Source: Bispira polyomma (taxonomy: Eukaryota). Taken from it: a stretch of DNA of 64,000 nt. The notes below the pieces were generated by a model. The model had not been told where the DNA came from. It worked only from the letters and a program-made list of their open reading frames with translations, and ran no database searches. A program made the position numbers and the translations under genes. Shown piece by piece: positions 36,240 through 50,564 of the stretch (positions are counted from its first letter, which is position 1; every line of letters starts with the position of its first letter). The stretch is taken from contig OZ287749.1 of the NCBI GenBank assembly GCA_965649765.1, forward strand, positions 37,634,001 to 37,698,000, given 5' to 3'.

Positions 36240-38490
36240 AGGGCTATAAGTTATATATGTAAGTTAGTGCCAGTAGGAGCAATGGTAGGGATGACCCAAA
36301 TGTAGTACATTTCGTGATGTTTACATCTGTCTGTACTTTTTGGGTCATCTTTATTACCTGTGGGTCATCTTTATTACCAGTGCAATACACTAAACTCCAT
36401 GTCCCTCACAGAATGGTTGTTTGTATTCTACTGTCCAGAGACAGGGGTGTTTGTTCTGACCAGTTTTACTGACACTAGCTTTGTATTCAGTTTGTTTCCT
36501 CAATGTATTGTAATCCACATTTTCTACAAGTGATCACATAAATGACATTCTTGAGTTCACAAGTAAGTCTAGCTTTGGGAGGAATGACAATTCATTTAAA
36601 CTGCTTGTTAGTGTGGTGACTAGTGATAGAGTCCACCCCATTGATAAGTGGGCAATATGTACACATTTTCAAAGTCTGGTGCAAACTGTGGGTGCACTGT
36701 TAATGATCTGGGTGAGGTCAATGGGTGGTGGGTAGCAAATTTTAGAACTAGATAATTGGTCTTCAAGATTTGGTAATCAATTAAAGGAGATTTTGGGGAA
36801 ATATTGGTGAGACCATTACTGTTCTGGATTATATTCCAGTTTTTATTGATGATTTTCCTGATGTTGGGATTGTTAGGGTTATACTGGGTTACCATTACAG
36901 GGTTGTCTGTAGCAGGTTTTTTGGTGTTTTGGAGCAATTCAACTTGTGTGAATTTAAATGCTCTCTGGTAGTGTCTGGTTAGATTCTTTTTGGAGTAACT
37001 TCTATTCATAAATAATTAAATAAGACTGTGAGCATGTAGCTCAAAATCATGATCCAAGGTACAAATCCTTCTTAGTCAAAGGTATCGACCATAGGGTCCC
37101 TTATTGAGAGCGGATTTGGGATGTGCAGAACTACGATGAATATAAAGGTTTGTGTCAGTGGAGTTTGTATATAGGGTTGTAATGAGGTCACTGTGAGGAC
37201 CAAATTTAACTGCAGTTTAATAAATTGATGGTTTGGTGGCTGTATTCATGAGTAAATTTAATGGTTGGGTGGATGTTGTTTAGGTACTCAAAAATTTTGG
37301 ATGACTGAATTTTCTCCATGTGTGTAGATCATCAATATATCATTAATAAATCTTTTCCAAACTAATGGTTTAAGGTGATAGTCATTAATTGATTTAGTCT
37401 CAAACTTGTACATAAATATATTAGCTGTACCCATGGCAATACCTCCAATTTGGAGAAAATGTTCCCCATTGAATTCAAAGTTCATACTATGGAGCACCAA
37501 CTTCGAGAGATCCAGTATATATTTGGCTATTGGTGATTTAGTTGGGTCCTTTCAGCTACAGCAAATATACCTTCATTATTTGGTATAATTGTGAATAGGG
37601 GGGTGGGGGACACATCCAGTGTAACCAGTAAGGCTCCTTCAGAAATAGGGGCAAGATTTTTTGATTTTTTCAATAAAATCTTGTGTGTCTCTAATATAAG
37701 ATTTTGTGAGAGGAGCAGACTTTTTGATATGTTTATCTACAAATTTGCTGATTTGCTGCAAGTGGGGTGGTTAACAGAATTACAAATTGGTGCACCTGGG
37801 ACATTTGGTTTGTGGATTTTAAGAAGTAGGTAAAACCTTTCTTCAGTACAGTTTTTTGGTGCCAAGAAGTCAAAGTTATCATCTGTGATTAACCCTAGAG
37901 TTCATAAGCTTGGTTAACGTCTCAGTTACTTGGTCATAAATCACTTGCAATTAAGTCAGTTTGTTGTTTGACATAAAAGTTTGAGTCTGATCATTGTCTG
38001 TAGCCTTCCCTCAAGTAATCAGTGCTATTGAGGACCACTACGGCTGACCCTTTGTCAGCTTTTTTTTTATTACAATCTCAGGGTTATTGGGGAAATCTTT
38101 TAAACCCAGGTATTGTTCTCTGGTTAGGTTTTTAGTTCTTGAAGTTTTAAACTTGCTCTCTAGTAAGTTCATTTTGAAAGCCCTCTGGAAAATGTCTAAT
38201 GAAGTGCTCTTTTGATGGTTTCCATTTGCTTTTTTCCCTAAAGTAGCTTATGTATATCCTAGAAGGGATTACCATTTCCTTCCAGGTTTGAGAAGGCGGT
38301 CAAGGAAATGCACTAATACAAGATCCTGTTCATTCAGATGGTTGAACATTTGGTTGTCAGTGTAGAAATGAAATTTCAGGCACAACCTCCTGTAAAAATC
38401 CTTAAAGTCATACCAGATTTGTGACTTTTTGGAGGGCACTGATTTGGTGATCAGTTAAACGATGTGTAGATAGGTTGATTACTGTGTGAC
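36240..38490 (-). mobile_element. Penelope-like element RT + GIY-YIG endonuclease ORF (degraded)
   Basis: VINLS..LTDHQISAL; IVIKKADKGSAVV; FYLLKIHKPNVPG; NFEFNGEHFLQIGGIAMGT; VWKRFINDI; LYTNSTDTNLYIHRSSAHP; LTCELKNVIYVITCRKCGLQY. Confidence 0.9.
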
Positions 38491-38880
38491 CTAAAAAACT
38501 TTCCAAACTGTGTCCTGTTGGAAGCATGCCTGGTTTGGCATTTGGTGCTTCCAACTCAGTTTGAAGCATTTATGAGGCATAGTTTTTGTCTTGCATGTTT
38601 GGACAAAGGTTACACCAGATAATTGGACTGAGGTAGGTAAGAGGTGACCGGTGAGCATCGCCTAGGGTGACCATAGTAACTAGATAAATGTAAACAAAAA
38701 TTATTTTATTTTTGAATACAACCAGTATTAAAACAATTAAATCAGGAACTTTTTTTGTGTGTTCCTGATAAAACATATGATTTAGGTGATAGAAATGTTC
38801 ATGAATAATACTAGAACTTTATAAAAGTATTAGTTTGAAACATAAGTATATGTCAGGATAAAGTGTAGGCTAAATGATTT

Positions 38881-39440
38881 TTTAATCAAGTCACTGAGTC
38901 CTTTTAACAGTTGAGTGAGTTGTTGGTTAGCGTTTGATGATCTTTTGAAGCCTTTTTGTTGGCTTAATTAAAGTCCTTTCTTGTGGCCTGGTTTGGGTCC
39001 ACTCTTGCCTTTGTTAGTTGGAGTGGGGGGAGTGAACCTTTTCTTCATTACCTTAGGTGCAGCATCCTTGTACTTGTCACTGAGCGAGTTCTTTATTCCT
39101 AGGAACTGTTCAGGGCTGAGGACATTTTACATCTCGGCCAGTTGAGTTTGAATGTCAGTTTTGATATCTGTGTATCTGGAGTTGAGTTCTTCCAGAAGGA
39201 GCTAAGTGAGATCCTTCTTGCAGGCAGCAGTTATGGTGCACCACTTAATTTTAAAGTGTTTGTCCTGACTCTGAGGAGGCAGGCATCTGAAATTGGTCTG
39301 TATCGGGAAGATGCCATCCTGATTTGAACAGATGGATACTGGAAGCCAAGCTGAGTTGCTGGTGCAGGGTTTGGTGTGAATTGTTGAGCCACACTGGTGA
39401 GGAGCTTCATTGTTTCATCACTGAGGGAAGCTCTAGGTCC
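38881..39440 (-). pseudogene. Penelope-like element upstream ORF
   Basis: GIFPIQTNFRCLPPQSQDKHFKIKWCTITAACKKDLT*LLLEEL is a helical N-terminal domain followed by a basic tail, duplicated at 33721-34400. Confidence 0.6.
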
Positions 39441-39616
39441 CTGTGTCCCAGGAGCTGGAGTTTGAGCACTGATGGGGGCTGTACGTCCATATTCCCCAAG
39501 GCAGAAACACGTGTTGTCTGGCTCACACTGGTATACATAATACCCAAAGGATAACAGAGTTATTGAACTTGGTGTGAGTGATTATTTAGTCAAAATATCC
39601 CTGATATATATCTTTT

Positions 39617-39672
39617 CATAGCTATATATTTCGACCTGATTACTAGGTCAAAGGTCTTTTCAGAGGCTGATG
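39617..39672 (-). ncRNA. Degenerate hammerhead ribozyme candidate at the Penelope 5' end
   Basis: Minus strand reads ctgaaaa..gacct-agtaatc-aggtc-gaaa-tatata, with a palindromic stem III, in sense orientation to the PLE. Core position G8 is altered. Confidence 0.4.
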
Positions 39673-39859
39673 TGATTTTGGATTATTTGCCCGTGAGGTG
39701 CAAAAACCTGAACCAGTTAGCACCAACTGAAAAACAGTACAGGCGGTGCAGGTGGTGCCAGGCAGTGCAATGGATGCCAGGTGGTGCAGAAAAAAATAAT
39801 AATATAATACTTTTTGAGAAAATGTATTCTGTATTACAATATTGTTCTTTTTACTTAAA

Positions 39860-42800
39860 CTTCAGTCTGTCAGCTGCACTAGACCTTTGGATAGAAACCA
39901 CTAAGAATCTGAACTCTAAGCTTAAGCCATGGTGGCTTCAGATTCTGCAGAATGAGAAGCAACTGTTTCAATAACAAGGAATGCAAACAACTTCGCAAGG
40001 GTGAGGACTACTGTTAATCAGAAACTCAAGTGTCACCATCGCCACAGAAAGCATGTTGAGTGCCAGCCAGCGAGGAGGAAAAAAGATGAGCAAGCAGTTC
40101 AGGACCTACAGTCATGCATGAAGGATTTTAAAGTATTTATCAACCGATTTTGATAATTTAAACAGCACTGTAACCCTTATAACATGGCCCATGTATATAT
40201 GTTACAAGAAATAAGCAAACAACAGGGTGAATTTTTATTTATTTTACATCAAAGAACACACACAAATAATTTTTATCAATATACATTTATATTACACCAA
40301 ACAACATACATAATTTAGTATAATGAACATACATGTATATTACATCTAACTACATACATAAATAATTTTAATTAATATCCATTTATATCACATCAAACAA
40401 ATTAGTTGACATAGAATGTATTTTGTTACTTTAGATTTATAATTCAATTGTCACATTGATCACAAACCCCATAAACATCACTGAGCATAAAAGTAACACA
40501 TTTTTCTTCATTGTAGATGTAGGGGTCCTTAATATAGATTGAAGAGGGGTATTCACATATGTTTCTTCAATTTTGACATTTAAATTGACTTCAAAATTTT
40601 ACAATCTATTTCCATTAAGTTTGAATCAGGTGCAGGAGTTACTTCATAATCAAGTTTATGTGTGTTTTTTTCTTCCTGAAATCTTATCTGTTCTAAAATA
40701 TTTAGATATATATAACTCTTTTAACGCTAATATCTATGGATTGTATATGATATAAGGTTTCCATAGGTGTTTAAATGATTAAAATCGGACAAATATTAAC
40801 AATTCTAGAGTATATTTAGTACAAGGGGTCTGTCACTGTATTAAGTCTATTAGGCGATCAACAGAAAATCGCCTAAAATATTCTAGAGCATATACACTGC
40901 AAGGGGTCTGTCTGTCACTGTATCAAGTCTATAGGCAATCTACGGAAAATCGCCTTAAATATTCTAGAACATATACACTGCAGGGAGTCTGTCACTGTAA
41001 ATAAATCTATTGGGCGATCCACGGAAAATCGGCCAGAAGTATCAAGGAACTTCTATTTTAATGAATTATAATATTTCTATACAAATAACACTTTAAATGC
41101 TAATATTTTTGGATTATATATGAAAAAAAGTTTTCATTGGTTTTTAAATGATTAAAATCGGACAAATGTTACCAATTTTAGAATATATTCAAAGCAGAGG
41201 CTTTGTCACTGTATTAAGTCTATCGGGTGATCCACGGAAAATCGCCCAGAAGTATCAAGGAACTCCTATTTTAATGAATTATAATATTTCTATACAAATA
41301 ACACTTTAAATGCTAATATTTTTGGATTATATATGAAAAAAAGGTTTTCATTGGTTTTTAAATGATTAAAATCGGACAAATGTTACCAATTTTAGAATAT
41401 ATTCAAAGCAGAGGCTTTGTCACTGTATTAAGTCTATCGGGCGATCCACGGAAAATCGCCCAGAAGTATCAAGGGACTTCTATTTGAATAAATTATAGTA
41501 TTTCTATACAAATAACAATTTAAACGCTACTATTTATGGATTATATATATATTATAAGATTTCCATTGTTGTTTAGATGATAAAAATCAGACAATTATTA
41601 AAAATTCTAGAGTACATAAACTGCAAGGGGTCTGTCACCGTATTGAGTCTCTTGGGCGATCCACGTAAAATCGCCTAATACATTCCAGAGTATTTTCCAT
41701 GCAAGGACTCTGTCACTGTATTAAGTCTATTAGGCAATCTACGGAAAATCGCCCAAAATCAGTAAGGGGCTTACATTTGAGTAAATTATGATATTTAAAT
41801 TAACAATAACCCTTTAAATCCTAATATATATGGATTATGTATATATTAAATATGATCATCTTAAGAATGGAAATATGTAATCTAAATTAATTACTATGAG
41901 TGGTTGTTCTTTTGATAAAAATTAAAAAAGGGTTCTTACACAAACATGGCATTAAAAAGATTGCACTTAAAGGTAAGCACATGAAAGAAATTAGTGTAAT
42001 TGGATAGAGACAAGTTAAATGTGTGGCTTTATTGATCTTTAGTCTCTTAATTATAAGATCAAATTACGTTTTTCAAACACAACCATGGTATTAAGATGAT
42101 TGCATTTAATGGTAAGTTAACAACATCATGCATATAATCTGTGGCTCCAGTGGTGTAATTGGATAGAGACAACTTCATTGTGTAGTCTTATTGTCCATTC
42201 AGTTTTATCATTATAAAAAAAAAAATGTTTATGTACTTAAAAACTGTGTCTTTAAAGAGTTAGTCAATTTTTGGGCGATTTTGGGTGATTTTTAGACAAT
42301 TTTCCGTATCGCCCTCACAGAATTCCGAGGTCTGCATTGAGGTCACTACAGTGTGGTCTGGTCGATTTCAAGTCCCCAATTACATACGATCAAGCTCACG
42401 TTGAAATCATCCTGAAGATCAATCTCTCACTGCAACCATCCACAAGAATAAGAGACGCTGCTGGTGAACAAATCTATGCACCACCTGGTGTAACCATAAA
42501 GGTTGCTCACATGGAGAGGCCAGGACTTGCAGCTCTGGTTGAACTTGTGGAGGGATCAGGCTTGATTAAACTGGAATCAGCCCTTGAGACTTGAGACTGA
42601 GGATTGTCTTTTACTCAACAATGTAGATGGGTCAATGCGCATTGTTGTTAGAGCTGTTTACCCTAGACCTAGTCACTGAGCAACCACAGGGTTTATGTCA
42701 GTCTCGTGGACATGGGGCTAATATAGTGGCTAGCTTTTCCCACCCCTGAGGACAGCAAGACTAGGGAGCAGACGGATCAGAGTACCGCTGGAATGATTAC

Positions 42801-44305
42801 TTGGATAAGATCTATTTTATTATCTTCTCACGCCATGCTGATGCAAGCCTTATCATCCTCATCAATCACAAGTATAAGATTCCCTTCAGCATCAAGCGTG
42901 ATGAGCATGATCGACGTGCAGCTAAACATCCAGACATCCCAAATGTTTTCCCCAAGCCAAAGGACAAATTTCCAGGAGCCACTGAGTTTAACAAACTCAT
43001 GGTAAATTCAAGAGACAAGGTCAGACTGCCGAAGTTGGTAAAGGAACAGTTGAAAGCACAAGTTATTCAAGTGCTGGGTGGAATACCGTGAGGGAGCAAA
43101 ATCAACCAACCTGAGCACAGGTGTGGGAAGTAGGGATTATGCCTTTAATCATTAAGAAGCCAATACAATAATACTGTCTTCCTTCACCAAACTGAGGGCT
43201 AGGAACTACACTGGAGCAATAGTGTTAATAAGCGAGGACAACAAATCTGAGGTGATCCGTTGGATTAACATAAACATTCATTCATTAACTGTCATACCAT
43301 GCTCTCAGAAGAAGTTGCAGATATCATCATACCTCTCCATATCATCACTGGCAGGGTTCTAAGGGTTCTCAGGGTTCTAAGGGCATGGCAAAAACCAGCT
43401 TTGCAGAATGCACTAAAAGATCCTTAGACAAGTTGGTGAGAGTGTGGAGTTCAAGGAAGAAGTCACAGCTGACAGGAAGGCATTTGTCCTCTCGTATATG
43501 TCTATGCTGAGAGGGCAGATGTTACCTGTGGTCAGACCAGAGCTTCTAAAAATTTCCATGTGCATGACTATCGACCTCACATATTGCCAGCTCCATTACA
43601 ACCTACTAGGGCATCCTTCCCCCATTGGCCATGGCAAGAAAATTCTGAATGGAAAGTGCCGACCAGTGCATCACATCCTCACCCCAGTAGTTCTCACCTC
43701 ACCACTGTTTAGATGAAAGTGACAATGACAGTAGTTGTGATGATGACAGGAGTGAATGCGAAGAATCAACAGATTCAGATGAAGACTATTGATCCAGTAA
43801 TGACCATTAGTTACAAAACTAATTATGGTAAAGTTGTCAATTGAAGTTCTATACCTTGTACTTCCCAAAATAAAGAGAATATTGATGTATATATATGTCA
43901 CAGGCCAAATTAAGATCGAGGTGGATTTTAAATCCGTAAAAACATAACCTTTTAACCTCTATAAAGATGACCTTTATGCATTTACTTATAGTTTTACTGT
44001 CTATAACACAACTTCACATAAAAAAATAGTTCAAATCATCAAAGCAACATCAAATATATATTCCTTTATCCAAAAAGTCCCAGAAATGATGTACTTTGCA
44101 GCATTGTAGGCCAAACCATTAAAAAGATAATATTTAAAATGGCTGCCAGTGGCCATTTTGGATTTGCAGCTCTCACGGATTTAGCCGCATTTTTGAGAGG
44201 GGCATGGAGGCTAATTTTTTTATTTAACCTTCATAAAAGACAAATCCACTGAGAAACAAACCTTCGCTCTCCACGGTCAAGGAATTACTGTAAATGATCC
44301 AACTA
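39860..44305 (+). mobile_element. AcademX-like DNA transposon 3' portion (XPG/FEN-like nuclease region), interrupted ~40150-42333
   Basis: HVECQPARRKKDEQAVQDL..//..LRSLQCGL; SLVDMG; SIKRDEHDRRA; H*EANT; SEDN; LHIITG; GHGK; HPSPIGHG. The right terminus ends ...gatccaacta, the CTA-3' end typical of Academ. Confidence 0.62.
40680..42333 (+). repeat. Satellite-bearing non-autonomous element (~214-bp units built on a gtcactgtattaagtctattgggcgatccacggaaaatcgcc motif)
   Basis: Near-perfect units start at about 40993, 41207 and 41422. It ends gaattccgaggtct, where Academ coding resumes. Confidence 0.85.
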
Positions 44306-45071
44306 TTTATATAGGAAATGTTTATCTAATCTCCCAAATCTGGGAGGTTTTTCACTAAGGATGGTAGTGTGTGCTTTTCTAAATTCATAGTTGAACATGT
44401 GTTCCATGTACTACTCCATCTTTAAACTGTTAAGTATAAAACAGCCACAACATTCTCTTGCAAGTTACTAGATAAATTAAGAATGTTTGGGTTGGTGTTT
44501 AGGCCTTGTACGTGGCTAGGTAATTCAACTCCTTAATATATATAGGATATATGTCTTAGACTGTGAGGAATAGGAAGGTATAATCAACATGTGTCACCAA
44601 GTTTGCGGTACTTTAGACACAGGGAGCATGTCCAGAGTCACTTAATTTTTTAGCTATTCACAAGCCTGTTTTGGGATGGGATAGAACTGACATTGCTATT
44701 GTTATGTGGATGACGGTCCAACATACATTTGTATTTTAGTTGTGAGGATAATCGTCCAGTTTAACGGTGCGTTCTCATTACGCCTCAATCTCTCAGAACT
44801 GTAAATTTACTAAATCTGCTATCTAACCTTTCTGCTGTGACACTACACTATATATTTAGGCACATACATGATTTGTTAGCTGCTAAATTGTAATTTTGCA
44901 TAAAAAGTTATAACATATGTTTTCAGTTTTCTTAAGTTTTTAATAGTATCTGTTTTAGCAGCAATGGTATCTTGGAATCCCAGTCTAGCCTCGTTACCCC
45001 TGTAGTGCCACATGGTATACAGTATGCCCCACATGGTATGTTTAGGCTGTTTATTTATTTAAACATTATTA

Positions 45072-47327
45072 CCCAGCAGGCACATGACTTGAAAACGTAA
45101 ATGGATTTTCAACACTAAATCCGAGTCAATATCCTGACTTGAAAAAGTAGCCACCTTTAGATTAGAAATAGTGTTGATTTTTGGTTGAGTACCTGACTGG
45201 AGCATGCTCAGTGTGCTGGTTTACACTTTCTGGCAGACATCTTTGTTGAAGGTAAGCATTTATAATTTTAAATTTATTTGTAATATCTTGAGAAATCTCT
45301 TTTTATTTTCATTGTTTCTAATATATGTTAGCGTGATATATATCAAGGAATAGTTTTGCACAAAATGAAGTAGTGTTTAATGTTGTATATTGTCATAATA
45401 GCCTGAATTCGTCAGATTTAAATTTTAGCAGGTGCTTCTGAGGCATGACTAGTACTAACATAACTATAAAGAGTTCAATATTTATAAGTAGACATACATT
45501 TTAGATATATACACACTACAAAAATATTAAACTGTTGTGTAACTGTAATAATTTATAGTTTGTGGTTATCCTTAATGCACAAAATGCTTAAAAAATTTAT
45601 TATAACAAGTGACCATATTTCACCAGTTTTTTGTATAGGAATTCAACTCGAAATCTATAATAAACCAACTTGAAATATCTAATTTTTTAATTGTAATTCT
45701 GTCCAGAAAACAACCTTTTTCATCTCTAAATCTACCTTTTTTCAAAACTAGAGCCATCATTTTCTTTTAAATTATAATGTATATATATGTATCATTAAAT
45801 TTACCATTACAAATGACTATGGACAGGTTTAAATGTCCAGTATATGTCCATACTTTCCATTTGACTTTTCACATGAGTCATTTTTTTAACAACTCACTGT
45901 TCTAAATTTGAAATTCATGTGTAACAAATAATGCCTAACAAATAATCCCAACACTTAGCCTTTTGAAAACATAAGAAGTGATATCATGGGGTTAAAAGTA
46001 TCTTTATCTGTGATGCATGCTGTTGACATAGCTGAAAGTGAATGCATGCTGCCTTCAAAGCCAACTGAAACATGTGTTACCAATAGTGACTAGAAAATTA
46101 GAATAGTTTATCTCTTCTTATCTTATATGTATGTTTACTGAGTACTGGGGTCATCCTTTTCCATACACATGTAAACCATAGCAAAATTCTACAATAATGG
46201 GAATTCCATTTGAGGAATAGTAGAGACTTAAATCATGCCTTGTGTATGTGTGTTCTGTTTTTAAGTACTACATATGTATAGGATAACATAAACTTTTGTT
46301 ACAACTGTGTTTGAGTAGTTTTTAATACAGCCATTTATTGCTTTCAGGAAGACATCCTCAGACAAACAGACTTCCTTGAATTATTCTATTGGATTAAACA
46401 ATTAAGATACAGATGAATCTAGAGACATACACATATAGAATCAATAATAAACACTTGAATAAAAGTGGAATGAAATATAAAAGTTTACATTTTAGTTCTA
46501 TTACTGTGCAGTTGTATTTGTTGACTATTGTTGGAAAGTTATAATCAGGAACCATAAAACCAATAAACTAATAAAGTCAATTATTTTATAGTGTTCAGTA
46601 GAGTCAAATGGAAAACTTCGTCAAAATATAAAATAACAGTATACTCCAACAAGCAGGTTCAACAGAGAATATGCATCAGGAAAAGAAGACACTTATACAT
46701 ATGAGATACTTATCGTCAATAATTATACACAATTAACACAATAAAACTGATATTTATGGATTCCCACTATTTGTGTCTTTTAGTTTGATTTTAAATTTAC
46801 TCAAAAAGAGTTTCTATTTGCCCTGGGACGAATTTATAGAATAATTTAATTGTAACAAGGTTTACAAAAACCTTTCCAACTATGACCACATTTTGAACCA
46901 TATAAAAATTTTCCACTGTCAACTAATTAAAAACAATCCAGTTTGTTTACATTCTATCTCTGTTGGAATCAAACAGATTTCACTGTTGCATCCAACCAAA
47001 AATAGTTTGCAAAATCTACACACATTTCAACCTAAAATCTCAGATATAAAACAACCAGATTTCAATGTGTGATCTAACATAAATTGTCAGGTTAAAATCA
47101 ACCAGATTTCAACATTGGATCCAACTAGATTTCAATGTTGGATCCAACTAGATTTCAACGTTGGATCCAATTAGGTTTCAATGTTGGATCCAACCTGAAT
47201 TCTCCGGTTGAAATCAACCAGATTTCAATGTTGGATCCAACTAAAAACGGTTTGAAAATCTAAACATATTTCAACCTGAATTCTTTGGTTGATATCAACT
47301 TGATTTCCAAGTCGTGTGCCTACTGGG
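45072..47327. mobile_element. Non-autonomous TIR DNA transposon flanked by TA
   Basis: TIRs ta|cccagcaggcacatgacttg and caagtcgtgtgcctactggg|ta, with ~22-23-bp subterminal tandem repeats agatttcaatgttggatccaact at 47050-47245. Confidence 0.88.
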
Positions 47328-47362
47328 TAACATACAATTTATATGTGAAAATAATGTTTTCT

Positions 47363-48089
47363 TTAATAATATCTTTCTTTTTTTTCCAACACAAATACAC
47401 TAAATTTTTGAGTTTCCTGCTTGTGATTGATAAACAAATAGCTACAAGGTCCCACGGACATCATTTTATCATACACCAGATACACAGGTAATTTGGTATA
47501 TACTTGCTTTGCTAAACTTTGAATCTTTTTGGCATCTTGAGAATTTTTGAATAGTGCCATATGATATTTATTGAAGCTAATGGTTCTCTAGTATTTATTT
47601 TGGTAAAACACATTTTAAGTCAACACAATGACAAAAATGTGATGAATAAACTGACCACTCCACTTTCCAGTGATCCATTATATTGTATAAAATCAGCAAA
47701 CGAGATTCCAACTGTTCAACATTGGCCAGTCCCTTTTAAAATTCCACATCTTTCAATAAAACAGAAAGGTTGCCTTTGCATACAACACCATATAACCTTT
47801 CGTGGAAGCTGTTAAATCTTTTGATGTTGAGTTCCGGTAGCTTTTTGAAAAAAAGGTGGTTTCACCACTTCCCCTTGGGAGGATCACAAGGCATGCAAAT
47901 GGATGTAACATTTTAGGCAATGCCACCACTGTATTTCTTTTTGATGTATACTCTAGGTCTTGAAAATGTATCTCTTCGACTGATGTGCTATTGTGGTGAT
48001 GGTGGTGGTAGTTTCCTTTAGCATGAACATTCATGATGGGTTGTTTCAAACTACCAGGTCTTAAAGCATATTACAGGAGAAAGGACATT
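47363..48089 (-). pseudogene. Polinton packaging ATPase (homolog of 56787-57318)
   Basis: TVVALPKMLHPFACLVILPRGSGETTF; LESRLLIL; RTISFNKYHMALFKNSQDAKKIQSLAKQVY; PCSYLFI. Confidence 0.82.
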
Positions 48090-48702
48090 GAATTTAGATA
48101 GGACTACCATAGTATGACCATATACATTTTGTGGATGTGCATGGTACAATAAAAGATCCACTAACTTATTGGTGAAAAATTATTCACAATATAAATATTC
48201 TAAATAATGTATTGTGATGTTACAATAATAAGGTTTTTAGTAACCAAATTATAGATTTTTTGTGGGTTATAGGGAACTTATATAAATACATATATATCAA
48301 GTGTTGTGCTGTCCGGTGTAATGCTGCTGATAGGCACCGTTGCAACAGTATATCAGGCTGGCAGTGGATTATGCAGATAAGTCACAGGATAGACCTAACG
48401 TTACACTGCATGTTTTAAATTTACACTTGATCAATAAGATAAGTAATACTTGGCAAGAGAAGTCACGATATAGCAACACCCTTGTCAAATATTGACTCGA
48501 TCCCTTGTTACAAATAAAGGGGAGTCTGTATATTGGATTTCATTGGGTTATGCATGTTATATCTTAGTTAAACTATGATATATCTATGTGTGATGCAAAT
48601 ATAATCGTAACTAAAGATATTTTCCTTCTTTTTAAAATTGTACGGCTACGAAAAATATCTTTAACCTCATATGTCCCCCTCCCCCGGTAGCGGTGGTTTA
48701 TA

Positions 48703-49900
48703 AACCTCGGAATTCAGTGAGGACGACACAGAAAATTGCCCCAAAATCGCCCCCAAATTCCCTAAAATTCACCTAATTCTTTAAAGACACAATTCAAGTA
48801 CTAAACTTTAATTGACATTATAATGATGAAACTGAATCGTCAATAAGACTACACAATAAAGTTGTCTCTATCCAATTAGACCACTGTAGCCACAGATTAT
48901 TTGTTTGATGTTGTTAACTTACCTGTAAGTGCAATCTTCTTAATACCATGGTTGTCTTATTAATGACATGTTTGTGTAAGAACCCTCTTCTTAATTTATT
49001 TCAAAAGAACAACCTCTCACAGTAATTAATGTAGATTACATATTTACATTCTTAAGATCATCATATTCAAATATATACATGTTCAATATATCTTCAAGTT
49101 TATGGGGTTATTGTTAATTTAAATCTCATAATTTACCAAAATATAAGCCCCTTACTGATTCCAGACGATTTTCCGTGGATCGCCCATTAGACTTAATACA
49201 GTGAAAGATTTCATGCAGCTAATATACTCTAGAATCTTACATATTTGTCAGATTTTATACTTCTGGGCGATTTTCCGTGGATCGCCCAAAAGACCTAATA
49301 AAGTGACAGGCCCCTTGCAGTAAATATACCATAGAATCTTAAATATTTGTCTGATTTTAATCATTTAAATGCAAATGAAACCTTATATCATACATAATCT
49401 ATATATATTGGGATTTAAGGGGTTATTGTTCATTTAATCATCATAATTTACAAAAATATAAGCTCCTTACTGTTTCTATGAGACTTTCTGTGGATCGCCC
49501 AGTACACTTAATACAGTGACAGAGTGTCTGCAGTTTATATACTCTAGAATCTTGAATAGTCTTCCGATTTTCGTAATTTAAACACCAATGGATACCATAT
49601 ATTATACATAATCCATATATATTAAGATTTAAGGTTTTTTTTTCAATTTTTTTCTATTAATTAACTAAAACTTTTGACGTATTTACACGTAGACTTCTAT
49701 GATTGCTTTGTATGTTGTAAACTTATTTTATTTATTTCCAAGCTGAATCCCTCCTTATGTGTTTCAAGTTTTTGCAGATTTTATTCATTTTGATTTTAAG
49801 GGGTTATTGTTAGTTTAATTACCATAATTTACTAAAATATAAGCCCCTTACTGATTCTATAAGTGATTTTCCGTAGATCGCCTAATAGACTTGATATAGT
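48703..49900 (-). repeat. Inverted second copy of the satellite-bearing element
   Basis: Starts aacctcggaattc and is the reverse complement of ~41000-42333 (ttttccgtggatcgccc repeats). Confidence 0.85.
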
Positions 49901-50375
49901 GAGAGATAGACTGGCTCACAAGTCAGTCTCTATCTCTGACCTTGTTTAACCTTGTAAGCCAAGCCAGTTCTTGCGGGTAAAATTTTTATTTAAAATTTCT
50001 ACTACTACATCCATTATATACAACACCAGTTAATTGACATTTCTATATACACAAAGTTAAGGTGACCTCAATCTGTTGAGGTCACCTTAACTTGGGCACC
50101 AGGTTTTGATTAATTGCCATTTGTGAATTTATGGGTAAGGTGACCTTAAGTTTTGAGGGTGACCTTATATATTTAAGTTTGCCAAAGAATTTAAGGTTAC
50201 CTTATTTTTTTTAAGTTGACCTTAGTAGGTTGAGATTTTAAACCGTGTTTTTAATTGAATTGATTTTAGGGATTTGATTTTAAAGTTAACCTGGTGCCAG
50301 TATTTTAGTTATTGTGTTACTGTTTACATATAAGACATGTTATACACATGCATTATACTATGTTTAGTTACTATA

Positions 50376-50517
50376 AGTAGTATATTATGCTATTTTGAAG
50401 CCCCGGACACCTGCTTCGCATTGCCATGGAGATCTGTGACATCACAACGGTTGCCATGGTGATGCGAACGGCACCACAATCAAAACGAACCGCACAGCAC
50501 GCGAAGCGAACCGCGTA
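50376..50517 (+). repeat. Polinton left TIR
   Basis: Inverted, gapped match to 58548-58682, starting 5'-AGTAGT. Confidence 0.9.
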
Positions 50518-50564
50518 CTCCTGAGGATGTCCAAATGACGTCATTTCCGATAAGTGCATACTAA

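Noticed and set aside
50055-50240. aaggtgacctt palindromic repeats as part of the Polinton end
   Set aside because: They lie outside the TSD-defined boundary (50376) and are probably a separate repeat fragment.
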